64,000 nt of DNA from Gemmatimonadales bacterium (GTDB lineage: Bacteria; Gemmatimonadota; Gemmatimonadetes; Gemmatimonadales; GWC2-71-9). Every line of letters begins with the position of its first letter. The stretch's first letter is position 1. A program made the position numbers and the translations under genes. The notes below the pieces were generated by a model. That model was not told the origin of the DNA and ran no database searches. It saw only the letters and a list, made by a program, of their open reading frames with translations. The DNA is taken from the NCBI GenBank assembly GCA_039794085.1, contig JBDIWC010000011.1, forward strand, positions 1 through 64,000. Reading direction: 5' to 3'. Shown in pieces: positions 48,135 to 58,710 of this stretch.

Positions 48135-50866
48135 CCATACTCCTCGACGGTGTGCCGGTCTCCCCGGAGGTAGACCCACCCGCTGGCACCGCTCCAGACC
48201 AACTGCCCGGCGCGGCGTTCCCGGCCAGCCCGCGGTTCGTTGACCAGGAGGTCGAAGCGGATGCGGGCGTGGAGCGGGAGGGAACCGAGCGTGGGGCAGT
48301 CGATCGCCACAGTGAGGCAGTAGCCCGGCCCCTCGTCCTCGATCGGTTGCCAGGCGCCGCGTACCTCGGCAGCGTGACCCGCCGTTCCCGAGGCGGGACG
48401 CACCCGGATGCGTCCGTCGTCGCTGGGGACGATGAGCCATCCCCGCGGGGCCTCGTCCTCGAGCTGCAGATAGACCTGGATGCCCTCGCCGTGGATGTCA
48501 TCCGGCTCGTTGTCGAGCAGGAGGGGAGCGGCGTTGTCGCCCCGGATGACGAGGTCGGGCTTCTGCACCACCACGGCGAGGTACACCGTCTCCGCGTCCC
48601 AGTTCACATGAGCCTCGGCGCGGAATTGCTCGGGACCCTCCCAGGGATCCTCGCTCCGGCGGTACTGGTGTTCGTCGTCGAGGAAGAGCGGGTCGTCGGT
48701 GACGAACCCGTCGAGGGTTCCATCGAGCGCGGGAGGGTCGCCCACACCGATCGCGGCACCCGACGTTTCCCACGGCGGCTTCGGACTGAAGAGGGGCCTG
48801 TGCTTCGCGGGTTTGGGAAGGACCCCTTCGAGGCGGATCACCTGTCCCGCCGTCGGTCCTGTGACCTGGGCTCCGCGACTCTCGATCTGGACGACCGTGT
48901 CCCGTCCGTCGCGGTGTACCAATGTGATCCGGTCTCCCGTCACCCGCACCTCGCGAATGCCGGTGGCCGGATCATCGGGCGCGAGGTCGCACACGGCCAC
49001 CTGACGCGCTCCTTCACCGGTGACCGACGTGTCGCGCCGGAGGAAAGTCCGAGGCTCACCGCCGGGAAGTCCCGGACCACGGGCCCGGAGCAGGTGCGAG
49101 GCACCGGGGAAATGGAGGGCCATCGCCGTCTCCCCCTCACGGGCGTGCACCCGGATGCCGGTGTCGACCGCACACGTCTCGGCGTTCGTCGCCTGGCTGT
49201 CGTCGAGGGTTGCTGCGGTCCACCCGCCGTCAGGCTCGACACGCAGCTCGCCGGCGGGGTGCCAGAGCACCTCCAGTTGTGAGGCGGTGGCACCGGCGTC
49301 GACGGAGACGAGATCCACGACCCAGGCCGGGCCCGCCACGACGGAGCGGGTGACCGGCCCCGAGCGGCTCCGGACCCAGCCGATACCGGTCGTGTCGTCA
49401 TGGTCGTAGGCTTCCGCGTATCCGTCGCCCGTGAGCGGCGTCCCGTCGAGCAGGGGGACGTTGTGCGCCAGCGCCGAACGGTACCAGGGGAGAGTGGGAG
49501 AGACGTAGCTCCCGGTGCCGGGATCGGGAAGCCAGTGGACTCCGCCGGAATGGAGGGTGAGGTGGAGACGGTCGGCGTGGCCATGTCCCTCGCCGGAGGA
49601 GGTGCAGTCGAGGGAGAGGTAGCGGTCGTCGTGTCGGAGGACGGCGAGTCCCTGGTCAGCGAAGTACGTGCCCCGAGGATTCCACGCGGTGTCAGTCGCC
49701 GGTCCCTCGGGGTCCATGGTGAGGAGTGCCCAGTAGGAGAGATCGGATCGGGACCGGGATTCCGGGGGCTTTTCCCCGGCCTCGTGCAACCAGGCGTCGT
49801 AGCCCTGGGCGGCGGGGGCCGGGAGCCGGTAGAGGTGCGCGAGCCAGGCATCGAGGGCCTCCCGCGCCTCGGGCAGCCAGGCCCGTCCCGCCTCCCAGCA
49901 TTCGAGGTAGGCGGGGTGTGCCAGACTCACCCCGTAGCGGGCATCCTTCCGGGCGGGGAAGGTGCCGTCGGGGAGTGCGGTTCGTGCCGGAGCGAGGAGT
50001 GCCTGTCCGAGGAGTGCCGCAAGGGCGGGATCCGCGGTGTAATCCACTCCCGCGAGCCGGGCCCAGGCCAGCCCACGCAACAGGCCCTGGATGGCAAAGA
50101 GGTGATAGTTCTCCCCCTCGAACCAGAGACCGTCGTGTCCGAAGCCGTCGGTCAGGTGTCCGAGGAGTCCGGTACGGCCCTCGATGGCGATGCGGGCGAG
50201 GTCCTCGTCTTCGAACCAGACCGCGATCGCCGTCAGGGCCGCGGCGTGCCAGGTCTGCCGGTTCGACATCCCCTCGTTGAACTCGCCGATCAGGGTGCTC
50301 GACTCCTCGATGAGGGCGGAGATGCGGTCGAGGTCCCGCTCCTCGAGGGCGTCGGCCTCGCGCAGGAGGTGAGCCGCGGTGAGATAGTGCTGCAGCCAGA
50401 TCGATTCGAGGTAGGTGGAGAAGAAGAGATGGCTCGGCCCGAGAACGTTGTCCTGGTTCGGGAGCTCGAAGTAGACCTCGGGGTAGGCCAGGACGAGGTC
50501 GCGGGCGGCCTGGAGGGCGTCGTCGTTCTCGGCCGTCACGCCGACCGTGGCGAGGTGGGCGGCACGCTCGGCCAGCCAGAGGTGTTGCCCCCGCACCCAG
50601 TGCCGGTCGTGGCGGATGCCCCGGTACACCGTTCCGCAGGTGGGGCACTCATGCGCGTCGGGGCTGTGCGGGTCGAAGCGGAGAGGGGTTCCGTCCGTGG
50701 AGCAGACTCCCCCGTCGACCGAGAGGAGGGCCTTGAGCCGGGGAACCTCGATCGGCGAAGCGATCCAGGGTCGGGCCCGGGTGGCCAGGCGGTCGAGGAG
50801 GGCGCTCAGGTCGGGGGACCGGGTCAAAGCATCACGATGGAGGGGGAACCTGTCGGCGGTCAGCAC
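48116..50866 (-). CDS. Heparinase II/III-like protein with a C-terminal CBM9-like sugar-binding domain
   Basis: SNRQTWH, DGLWFEGENYH, GHGHADRL, LPDPGTGSY, AHNV; 'P.LDG.LD' and 'W....YLAV.V'. Confidence 0.8.
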   Translation of the reverse strand: MLTADRFPLHRDALTRSPDLSALLDRLATRARPWIASPIEVPRLKALLSVDGGVCSTDGTPLRFDPHSPDAHECPTCGTVYRGIRHDRHWVRGQHLWLAERAAHLATVGVTAENDDALQAARDLVLAYPEVYFELPNQDNVLGPSHLFFSTYLESIWLQHYLTAAHLLREADALEERDLDRISALIEESSTLIGEFNEGMSNRQTWHAAALTAIAVWFEDEDLARIAIEGRTGLLGHLTDGFGHDGLWFEGENYHLFAIQGLLRGLAWARLAGVDYTADPALAALLGQALLAPARTALPDGTFPARKDARYGVSLAHPAYLECWEAGRAWLPEAREALDAWLAHLYRLPAPAAQGYDAWLHEAGEKPPESRSRSDLSYWALLTMDPEGPATDTAWNPRGTYFADQGLAVLRHDDRYLSLDCTSSGEGHGHADRLHLTLHSGGVHWLPDPGTGSYVSPTLPWYRSALAHNVPLLDGTPLTGDGYAEAYDHDDTTGIGWVRSRSGPVTRSVVAGPAWVVDLVSVDAGATASQLEVLWHPAGELRVEPDGGWTAATLDDSQATNAETCAVDTGIRVHAREGETAMALHFPGASHLLRARGPGLPGGEPRTFLRRDTSVTGEGARQVAVCDLAPDDPATGIREVRVTGDRITLVHRDGRDTVVQIESRGAQVTGPTAGQVIRLEGVLPKPAKHRPLFSPKPPWETSGAAIGVGDPPALDGTLDGFVTDDPLFLDDEHQYRRSEDPWEGPEQFRAEAHVNWDAETVYLAVVVQKPDLVIRGDNAAPLLLDNEPDDIHGEGIQVYLQLEDEAPRGWLIVPSDDGRIRVRPASGTAGHAAEVRGAWQPIEDEGPGYCLTVAIDCPTLGSLPLHARIRFDLLVNEPRAGRERRAGQLVWSGASGWVYLRGDRHTVEEYGWLDLT

Positions 50867-51069
50867 CAGGGGGCATCTCCGGAATTCGGGGAAACTCCCT
50901 CAAGACTAATGGCGGGCGACGTCGGCCGCAGGGGTTGGCGTCTCCCTGCTCCTGCCTTATTCTCGGTGGCACCACCATATCTTTCCGGGACAATGCTCAC
51001 CATGGTCCGTACCGCTGGATGCCGGATCGCCGGCGCTGCTGTGCTCGTGGCACCCGGGTACCGTCCGCG

Positions 51070-52269
51070 ATGCTCACGCAGGATGTGGTCAAGATGGTCC
51101 CGGTTCCCATGAACGACGCAGCCAGGGGAAAGGTCGAGGGGGGGGGGCGGCTGGACGCCTTCCGGAGTCGGCTCGTGGCTCCCCTTGAAACCGCCCTTGC
51201 TTCCGCCTGCCAGGGTGGGGTGACCCGGGCCGCCGAGGCATCGGTGCGTCAGCTCGCAGCGGCGCTTCGGCAATCCCCTGCGACGGAGGGATTGGAGGCG
51301 CTGCGCGCCGCGGCTCTCCGTGCCGAACGGGCCCCCTTTTCTGAACTCTCCGCATGTGCCGCCGAGGTTCTCGGTCTCCTGCAGGCGGCCCTGGGGAAAC
51401 ACTCTGCCGCGCCACTCTCTCCAGCACCACCGGCACCACCGCCGCCGCCACTCCCGCAACCTCCGGCACCTGCTCCACCGCCAGTCGTCCCCCCCCCGCT
51501 GTCCGTCGCCACTCCGGTCCCTCCATCGAGCGGGGGTAGCTCACACGAGCGCACTGCGCTGCTCGACCGGTTCTTCTACGTCACCAGCGCACAGGTCGAG
51601 CCGGTTCCGGTGGTCGTGCTGGCGAGTGATGCCGCGTCGGTGGACCTCCTCCGGCGGCAGTTGCCGGTCACGGCCGCGATCGGCAGGTGGGATGAGGAGA
51701 CCTGGGTGGGTTTCTTTCCCCGGCGGGATCTGGAAGGGGTCCGGGTGCTGCTGACCGGCGCAATTCGGGACACTGCCATCCGCGCGGTGCTGGGCTCAGT
51801 GCCCGCGGGGCACGCCCTGGAACCATTGGTGGGGCGTCTGCGCGAAGTGGTGACAGATGAAGCCACGGAACCGGGCCGGTTGGAGGTGGTGGAAGACGAA
51901 GTAGCCGCGGCCGGCGATGCGGTGCACTACGCCCTGGTGTCGGTGGAGGAGGAGGGCGTGGCCACCCAACTGGTGGATCGACTGGGGCGGTCGGGCCTGC
52001 TGGTCCACCGGTGTGCGACCACGGGGGAACTCCTGCAGGCGGCGCGACGGATCATCCCCGATGTCGTGGTCGTGGTGCTCGGGGACACGAGCCGCGCGGG
52101 GCCGGAGATCGTGGACCAGCTTCGGCACGTCCGGGGGTACGACTATGTGCCGGTCCTGATGACGGGGGGTGCCGTGGACGAGATCCCCCATCCCCGGGTG
52201 GAGTTTTCCCGCGCCCCGCTCGCCGTGGAGGAAATCGTGCGGCGGGTTCATGCGCTGGTGACGCAATAA
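51070..52269 (+). CDS. Signalling-like protein with a Pro-rich linker and a degenerate C-terminal receiver domain
   Basis: CheY-like pattern 'PDVVVVVL...GPEIVDQLR....VPVLM'; start uncertain. Confidence 0.55.
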   Translation: MLTQDVVKMVPVPMNDAARGKVEGGGRLDAFRSRLVAPLETALASACQGGVTRAAEASVRQLAAALRQSPATEGLEALRAAALRAERAPFSELSACAAEVLGLLQAALGKHSAAPLSPAPPAPPPPPLPQPPAPAPPPVVPPPLSVATPVPPSSGGSSHERTALLDRFFYVTSAQVEPVPVVVLASDAASVDLLRRQLPVTAAIGRWDEETWVGFFPRRDLEGVRVLLTGAIRDTAIRAVLGSVPAGHALEPLVGRLREVVTDEATEPGRLEVVEDEVAAAGDAVHYALVSVEEEGVATQLVDRLGRSGLLVHRCATTGELLQAARRIIPDVVVVVLGDTSRAGPEIVDQLRHVRGYDYVPVLMTGGAVDEIPHPRVEFSRAPLAVEEIVRRVHALVTQ

Positions 52270-52302
52270 CGGAAGTTTTCTGTGTTCAGTTTTCAGTGTT
52301 CA

Positions 52303-52327
52303 GTAGGTGCGCCGCTTGCGGCGCACC
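52303..52327. repeat. GTAG-type REP hairpin
   Basis: gtaGGTGCGCCGC-tt-GCGGCGCACC. Confidence 0.6.
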
Positions 52328-52406
52328 CACAGGGGGACCGAGGGGCAGGTCTGCCGCTCCGCGGGGGCACACCTCCCATCGTCCTTCTCCTTTCGAACTT
52401 CGAACC

Positions 52407-53079
52407 TCACACTTCCAACTTGGTCTCCATCACGCGGGTCGTCGTGGCGCACGAGACGTCCTTCGCCGCGGCCGGTGCCCCGAGTCCACCATCCCCGGTC
52501 ACGCCACCGTACACTTTTCGCAGGATCCAGAGGCTCACGTGGACCAGGGAAATGAGGACCGGGACCTCCACCAGCGGCCCCACCACGGTGGCGAACGCCA
52601 CCGGTGACGTGATGCCGAAGACGGCGATGGCCACGGCGATGGCGAGTTCGAAGTTGTTTCCCGAGGCGGTGAACGCCAGGGTGGCGCTCCGGCTGTAGTC
52701 GGCCCCCAGCCGGTGGGCCATGCCGAAGCTGACCCCGAACATGATCACGAAATAGCCCGCCAGGGGGAGGGCGATCCAGAGCACGTCGAGTGGCTGTTGG
52801 ATCATCCGCTCGCCCCTGCAGGCTGAACATGACCACGATGGTGAAGAGGAGTGCGGTAAGGGTGAGGGGGGAGATGCGCCGGATGAAGACCTCGTCGTAC
52901 CAGGTCACTCCCTTGAGAGGCACGAGGATCACACGGCTCAGGATCCCCGCCGCGAGGGTGGTGCGGAGTACCCCGCCGCCGGGTGGCTCCGCGAGTGTCC
53001 ACCAGCAACGCCAGGGTGCGCCCCATGAGGAACGTCTCGTCGTCGGGGTGAGCCAGAACCGCCAAGATCCGCCGGGACA
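52407..53079 (-). pseudogene. 3' fragment of a second ACR3 gene joined to a PIG-L-like N-terminal fragment
   Basis: [17 protein letters not shown], frameshift, [21 protein letters not shown]; upstream '[15 protein letters not shown]'. Confidence 0.8.
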
Positions 53080-53081
53080 TG

Positions 53082-53989
53082 TCAGGCCTCCCCCGTGCCG
53101 CCGAGCGCCTCCAACTTCGGGGGCACGAGGAGCGTGGGCACGGAAGCCCGGCGGGCCACCCGGTGGGCCACCCCCCCCAGGAGCAGCTTGCCAAAGAAGC
53201 CCCGCCCCTGGGTACCCATGACCACCAACGTCACGTCCTCCGCCTCGCTCGCGGCCACGATCTCCCGGGCCGGGGACCCGAATGAGATCTGGATGTTCAC
53301 CTGCCTCACGCCGCGCCCCGTGAGAGCGTCGCGGAGCCGCTCGAGCCGGCCGCGGTCGATGCGGTCGAACTCCTCCAACCGGACTCGGTCCTCGGCGCGG
53401 ATCCGGCCTGCGGACTGGACGTGGAGGAGTGTAACGCGGCGCATGCCGAGGTCCGCGAGCTTCTCGATCACTTGGAACGCGGCTCAGCAGCGTCACTGAA
53501 GTCGGTGGCGAAGGCCACATGTCTGAGGAGCTCGCCGCACACGACCTCACACCGGTCGCCGTCGCCTTCCTGCCTGGGCTTGAGGTGGAGGACGAGCACG
53601 GGGCACGTCGCGTCATGGAGCACGTGCGTCGTGGTAGATCCAAGAACGACCGTGCGGACCACGCTGTCGCTGGTGGCCGCCATGACGATGAGCGAGCAGT
53701 CGCCCCCCCGCGCGCAGCGGCTGACGACCTCGTGGATGGCCGCGCCCGGAGCCACTTCGGGCGTGACCTCGAAGCCCTGCGCTCGCAGGCTGGACGCCTG
53801 CTCCTGGATCCTGGGCTCAGCCTGCTCCTGCAGGCGCGGCGCCATGTCCGGCAGGTGCCGGAGGCCGAGGGCGTGAAGGAGCACGATCTGCCGAGCGCCC
53901 AGCTGCTTCAGTGCATGGGCGCAACGGACCATCGCCTAGGAGGCGGGAGACAGGTCGGAGGCCATCAGAACCTTATTGAACATGGTCAT
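53082..53989 (-). pseudogene. Tandem-domain universal stress protein, disrupted
   Basis: FNKVLMASDLS, in-frame TAG at 53936-53938, LGSTT..VL, ATDFS, frameshift near 53480, VVMGTQGRG...LLG. Confidence 0.85.
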
Positions 53990-53996
53990 TTCTCCG

Positions 53997-55139
53997 TCAC
54001 CGGGGTTGCGGTGCGTTTCGGGAATACGGCGCCGGCGCGTCCGCACCGACCAGGCCCGTGTGTCCACCGGAGGCCGCCGCCACCGCCGCCCCCCCGTAGT
54101 ACCGCCTGCGGAAATAGAGGGCGACGTTGACGAGGCCGAGAAGCACCGGCACCTCGACCAGGGGTCCGATGACCGTGGCGAACGCCACGGCGGAGTGGAC
54201 GCCGAAGACGGCCACGGCCACGGCGATGGCCAGCTCGAAGTCGTTGCTGGCCGCCGTGAGGGACACGGTGGTGCTCTGCGGGTAGTCCGCACCGATCCAC
54301 TTCGCCTTGGCGATGAAAAACGTGATGAGGAACATCGCCACGAAGTAGAGTGCCAAGGGGATGGCCACGCGCACCACATCCAGCGGGAGTTGGACGATTT
54401 GGCTCCCCTTGGACGAGAACATCACCACCACGGTGAAGAGCAATGCGATGAGCGTGATGGGGCTGATCCTGGGGATGAATTTCCTGGCGTACCACTCCTC
54501 ACCGTGCCGGGGCACGAGGATGGCGCGGCTGAGGAAGCCCGCCACCATGGGCGTCCCCAGGAAGATCAGTACAATCCCCGCGATCTGGCCGACCCCGATG
54601 TCCACTCTGACGCTCTCCATGCCGAAGAACGGCGGGAGCACGGCCAGGAAGATCCACGCGTACACGCCGTAGAAGAGCACCTGGAAGATGGCGTTGAAGG
54701 CCACGAGCCCCGCCACCAGGTCGGAGTCCCCGTGGGCCAGGTCGTTCCACACCAGCACCATGGCGATGCAACGGGCCAGCCCCACCAGGATGAGCCCCAC
54801 AGCGTACTCGGGCTTGTCGGGGAGGAGCAGGACGGCCAGGGCGAACATCACCACCGGCCCCACCACCCAGTTCTGGAACAGGGAGAGACCCAGCACCCGC
54901 TTGTGGCGGAAAACGGTGTGGAGCTTGTTGTACTTCACCTTGGCCAGGGGAGGGTACATCATGAGGATCAGGCCGACGGCGATGGGCAGCGAGGCAGGCC
55001 CGATCTTGACCCGGTCGATGAGTTCCGCCGCGCCGGGCCAGACCCAGCCCAGCAGCACGCCGCCGAGCATGGCCAGGAAGATCCACAGCGTCAGGTACCG
55101 ATCCAGGACCTTGAGCTTGACGCTCACGCGCTCCGACAT
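53997..55139 (-). CDS. acr3: Arsenite efflux transporter ACR3
   Basis: [48 protein letters not shown]. Confidence 0.96.
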   Translation of the reverse strand: MSERVSVKLKVLDRYLTLWIFLAMLGGVLLGWVWPGAAELIDRVKIGPASLPIAVGLILMMYPPLAKVKYNKLHTVFRHKRVLGLSLFQNWVVGPVVMFALAVLLLPDKPEYAVGLILVGLARCIAMVLVWNDLAHGDSDLVAGLVAFNAIFQVLFYGVYAWIFLAVLPPFFGMESVRVDIGVGQIAGIVLIFLGTPMVAGFLSRAILVPRHGEEWYARKFIPRISPITLIALLFTVVVMFSSKGSQIVQLPLDVVRVAIPLALYFVAMFLITFFIAKAKWIGADYPQSTTVSLTAASNDFELAIAVAVAVFGVHSAVAFATVIGPLVEVPVLLGLVNVALYFRRRYYGGAAVAAASGGHTGLVGADAPAPYSRNAPQPR

Positions 55140-55201
55140 GTCGTTCCTCTCGGTAGTGGTGTTCGACCGTTCTGCTTCTTAGTCTCCCCCGCCCTGCAGC
55201 C

Positions 55202-56998
55202 TCACGCGACCTGCGTCATCGCCCTCGTCGGCGGGTCGATCATGGCCCGCAGGCCCGTCGCCCCCCGCGGCTCCTCGCCGAGGCGGGGGACCACGAAGGT
55301 GCGCTGGGTGAGATCCTCCGCTACTCGGCGGATCTGCGCCACCTCCTCCACGGCCCGGCTCCGGAGGAGCGGATCGGTGGGCCCTGCCGCGGCCAGGCTG
55401 TTGTTCACCACCCAGCCCCAGGGCTCGATCCCGGCACGCCGGAGGTCCTCGGCCAGAGCCATGGCTTCCAGCACGGGCGTCGTTTCCGCGAGAGTCACCA
55501 ACAGGACCTTGGTGTAGTCGGCGTCGCGGAGCCGCATGAGGGGCGTGGTGATGGCGCCCTCGCGGTCGCCGACGTTCCTCATGATCTCCCGGTGGTAGGA
55601 CCCGGCGGCGTCCAGGAGCAGGAGCGTGTGCCCGGTGGGCGCCGTGTCCATGATCACCAGCTCCCGACGCGCGCCCGAGACGACCTTGGAGAAGGCATGG
55701 AAGACGGCCACCTCTTCGGTGCAGGGCGAGCGGAGATCCTCTTCGAGGAGGGCGCGCCCGTCGGCGTCCAGATCCTGGCCGGCCCGGGCCATGACCTTGG
55801 CCCGGTAGGCGGCGACCTCCTCCTCGGGATCGATACGTGTCATGCGGAGCGGCCCTTCGGAGGCGCCCACCACGTCGGCCACGTGGGCCGCCGGGTCCGT
55901 GGTGGTGAGGTGGACGGACACGCCCCGGGAGGCCAGCTCCACGGCCAGCGCCGCTGCCACCGACGTCTTGCCCACGCCGCCCTTCCCCATGACCATGACC
56001 AGGCCGTGCCCGCGCTCGGCCAACTCGTCCACCAGCGACGCCAGGGACGCGGTGTTCGCGGGGAGTGAGAGAACCTCACCCGCCGCGGGCGCAGGCGCGG
56101 AGGAGGAGGACCCATCCTCCCTGGCCAGCAACCGCCGTACTGCCTCCAGCCCAACGATGTTCTCGCCGCGCAGCGGGATTCGCGTCGACGAGACGGACCG
56201 TAGCACCTCCGGCATGTCGTCCAGCGCCTGGCGTCCACCCTGCTCCAGGGCCACCGCCAGCGGATCGCTCCGGTCGGCTGCCTCGAAGAGGCCGTTGATA
56301 ACCAGGTGCTGGTTGCGGAGCCCCGTCTCAGCGAGTTCCCCGCTGGAGCGGGCCGCCTCACCCAGGGCCCCCGCCTCGGGGCGCGTTACCAGCACGAGGA
56401 GCGTACGGTCCCTGTCCGACAGGGCACGCACGGCCGCGGCGTACCGCTCGTGCTGCATCTTCAGCCCCGAGGCGGGGCCCAGGCAGGTGGCGCCGCGCTC
56501 GTTGGTGTCCAGAAAGTCGGACCAGGCGGCGGGCAGGCGGAGGAGCCGGAGCGTGTGCCCGGTGGGGGCCGTGTCGAACACCACATGGTCGAACGCCGCC
56601 GCCGCACCGTCCTCCCCCAGGAGCATGGTAAACTCGTCGAACGCCGCCACCTCGACCGTGCAGGCACCCGACAACTGCTCCTCCATGCCCGCCACGGTGT
56701 CCGCGGGCAACAGATCCCGAACCGGTCCCACCACTCGCTCCCGGTACGCCAGGGCCGCCGCCTCGGGATCGATGTTCAGGGCCGAAAGACCATCAACCCC
56801 GGGAACCGGTGTCGGATCCCGGCCCAGGGCAACGCCGAGCACATCGTCCAGATTCGAGGCGGGATCCGTGCTCACCAGCAGCACGCGCTTGCCGCGGTCC
56901 GCCAGGAAGACGGCTGTGGCCGCTGCCAGTGACGTCTTGCCCACCCCGCCCTTTCCCGTGAAGAACAGGTGGCGCGGCGCATTCTCGATCCATTTCAT
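55202..56998 (-). CDS. arsA: Arsenical pump-driving ATPase
   Basis: Two GKGGVGKT motifs and two DTAPTGH motifs; GAC, CLGP, SPC. Confidence 0.97.
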   Translation of the reverse strand: MKWIENAPRHLFFTGKGGVGKTSLAAATAVFLADRGKRVLLVSTDPASNLDDVLGVALGRDPTPVPGVDGLSALNIDPEAAALAYRERVVGPVRDLLPADTVAGMEEQLSGACTVEVAAFDEFTMLLGEDGAAAAFDHVVFDTAPTGHTLRLLRLPAAWSDFLDTNERGATCLGPASGLKMQHERYAAAVRALSDRDRTLLVLVTRPEAGALGEAARSSGELAETGLRNQHLVINGLFEAADRSDPLAVALEQGGRQALDDMPEVLRSVSSTRIPLRGENIVGLEAVRRLLAREDGSSSSAPAPAAGEVLSLPANTASLASLVDELAERGHGLVMVMGKGGVGKTSVAAALAVELASRGVSVHLTTTDPAAHVADVVGASEGPLRMTRIDPEEEVAAYRAKVMARAGQDLDADGRALLEEDLRSPCTEEVAVFHAFSKVVSGARRELVIMDTAPTGHTLLLLDAAGSYHREIMRNVGDREGAITTPLMRLRDADYTKVLLVTLAETTPVLEAMALAEDLRRAGIEPWGWVVNNSLAAAGPTDPLLRSRAVEEVAQIRRVAEDLTQRTFVVPRLGEEPRGATGLRAMIDPPTRAMTQVA

Positions 56999-57339
56999 GC
57001 GGCACCACCCGTTTCGACCGTGGCGACGGGAGAGAGACCGGCCGTCCGTGCCAGCACGGTACGATCAGGATACTCCCCGGCGGACACGATCTCGTCGCCC
57101 CACAGCACGAGGGGGAGGCACCGGTCACCACGCTCCTGCAGGGCACGCCGGACGACAGGATTCGTCACAAAGGCGCGCGGCTCCTGCGCGGGGTTGTACC
57201 GCTCCACCGACACTCCCTGCCGCGCGAGCCAGTCCAGGTCGGCCGAAAACCGCACCAACGCCGGGTCGACGTCCGAACCGCAAACGCCGGTGGAGCAGCA
57301 CATCGGTTTGTCATAGACTCGCAGCACCATAACGCTCAT
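56995..57339 (-). CDS. arsD: Arsenic metallochaperone
   Basis: YD.PMCCSTGVCG. Confidence 0.95.
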   Translation of the reverse strand: MSVMVLRVYDKPMCCSTGVCGSDVDPALVRFSADLDWLARQGVSVERYNPAQEPRAFVTNPVVRRALQERGDRCLPLVLWGDEIVSAGEYPDRTVLARTAGLSPVATVETGGAA

Positions 57340-57376
57340 TGTCGTACTCCCTTTTTGGTCCGTACCAGCTGCAGGT

Positions 57377-57703
57377 TCAGAAGGTGTTCACGAGGAGCTT
57401 CAGTTGCCGCATTCCGATCGGGTCGATGCAGTAGCAGGCGCGTGGTCCGTCGACCTCTCCCCTCACCAGGCCAGCCTCGCGGAGGATGCGGAGGTGTTCC
57501 GAGACCGTAGACTTGGCCAGCGGGAGCCGCTCCGCCAGGTCCCCGTAGAAACAGCTCTCCTGGCCGGAGAGGAAGCGCACAATCTCCACGCGAACCGGGT
57601 GCCCCAAGGCCTTGGCCAGCCGGGCCAGGGTTTCGTCGGCCGCAGCACCGGTAGGGAGATCGGGAGACTCGGTGACCGCGGGGCAGCATGTGTCGGTGTT
57701 CAT
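57377..57703 (-). CDS. arsR: ArsR/SmtB family repressor
   Basis: LAKALGHP.R, LPLA.STVSEHL.IL..AGLV, CYC. Confidence 0.93.
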   Translation of the reverse strand: MNTDTCCPAVTESPDLPTGAAADETLARLAKALGHPVRVEIVRFLSGQESCFYGDLAERLPLAKSTVSEHLRILREAGLVRGEVDGPRACYCIDPIGMRQLKLLVNTF

Positions 57704-57723
57704 GGTGGCGCTCCAGTTCGTTG

Positions 57724-57766
57724 TTCGTCGAACGACGAATATACCAGGAGTATCGGCGGGGCGCAA
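57724..57766 (-). promoter_or_regulatory. ars promoter and operator
   Basis: TTGCGC-17-TATATT; palindrome TTCGTCG-aa-CGACGAA (57724-57739) over the likely start site. Confidence 0.7.
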
Positions 57767-57768
57767 CC

Positions 57769-57793
57769 GTAGGGGCGGCTCGTGAGCCGCCCT
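57769..57793. repeat. GTAG-type REP hairpin
   Basis: gtagGGGCGGCTC-gt-GAGCCGCCC. Confidence 0.65.
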
Positions 57794-58184
57794 TGTTCGC
57801 AGCGCAAGTGTCCGGGTCTTGTGCACATGGAACTGCCTCAACGCAAAGGCGCCAGGACGCAGGGGCGCACGGGTGTTTGGAGCCCACGAAGGGATCCCAA
57901 TCCGACGCGCCTCGGGGTCGCGCGTGGGTTTTCTTCGGCATGGGTTCCGGTCCTGCCCGAGTACCTCTCCACAGCCCAAGAGACTCTACAAGAAGCACAA
58001 AAGACACAAACGTCTCGCCTTGGAAGGGCCCCTCCGCACCGAGGGCGTGCCTCTTGTGACTTCTGTGCTTTTTGTGGCCATTCCCCTCGCACGGAGCGGC
58101 CGTTGGGATCGACGTGTCTGACGGGGGGTCGGGCGTCGCCCGAAATAGTGTTGCTTTTTTGTGTTCAATCTTGTCCGTAAGGGA

Positions 58185-58223
58185 CTATGTCCTATTATGT
58201 CCTATGTCCTATGTCCCATGTCC
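58185..58223. repeat. 7-bp-period repeat (TATGTCC)n; inverted counterpart (GGACATA)n at 60412-60483
   Basis: Direct reading of the sequence. Confidence 0.75.
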
Positions 58224-58275
58224 CGGTGTGGGGTGCGGGGGGGGGGGAGGAGGAACTCCGCCGAGCGGTCCCGGT

Positions 58276-58710
58276 TCAGGCGATCAGGGGGTTCCTGGCG
58301 GAGATGCCACCGAACCGGCTGAAGTCGCGATCGGCCGACCAGAGTTCCTTGACTCCATGATGGCGACAGAGGGCCGCGACACGGGCGTCATGGACCTGAC
58401 CTCCCACCACGCGTCCCTCCTCCAGCATTCCGCGCAGGATGGTCCAGTATCCGGGGCTCTCTCCCAGCATCAGCAGTCCGGGAGACTCGAGCCACGCATC
58501 GACCTGATCGAGCGCCAGCGAAAGCGGAGTGGGCGGACGGTAGATCCGCGGATGGGTCACCACGGCGAGGAACTCGTGGACACAGGGCCAGGGAATGGCC
58601 CAAGGGCCATCATCCTGAGCCAGGCCGGCCAGCAGGTTCCACGCGACCTCGTGCCACGGGGAGTCCTCCCGGTGGGCGTAGACCAGGATGTTCGTGTCGA
58701 CAGCGATCAC
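58276..58710 (-). CDS. vapC: VapC PIN-domain toxin
   Basis: IAVDTNILVYA, EFL.VVTHP, HDA.VAA, SADRDF. Confidence 0.95.
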   Translation of the reverse strand: MIAVDTNILVYAHREDSPWHEVAWNLLAGLAQDDGPWAIPWPCVHEFLAVVTHPRIYRPPTPLSLALDQVDAWLESPGLLMLGESPGYWTILRGMLEEGRVVGGQVHDARVAALCRHHGVKELWSADRDFSRFGGISARNPLIA

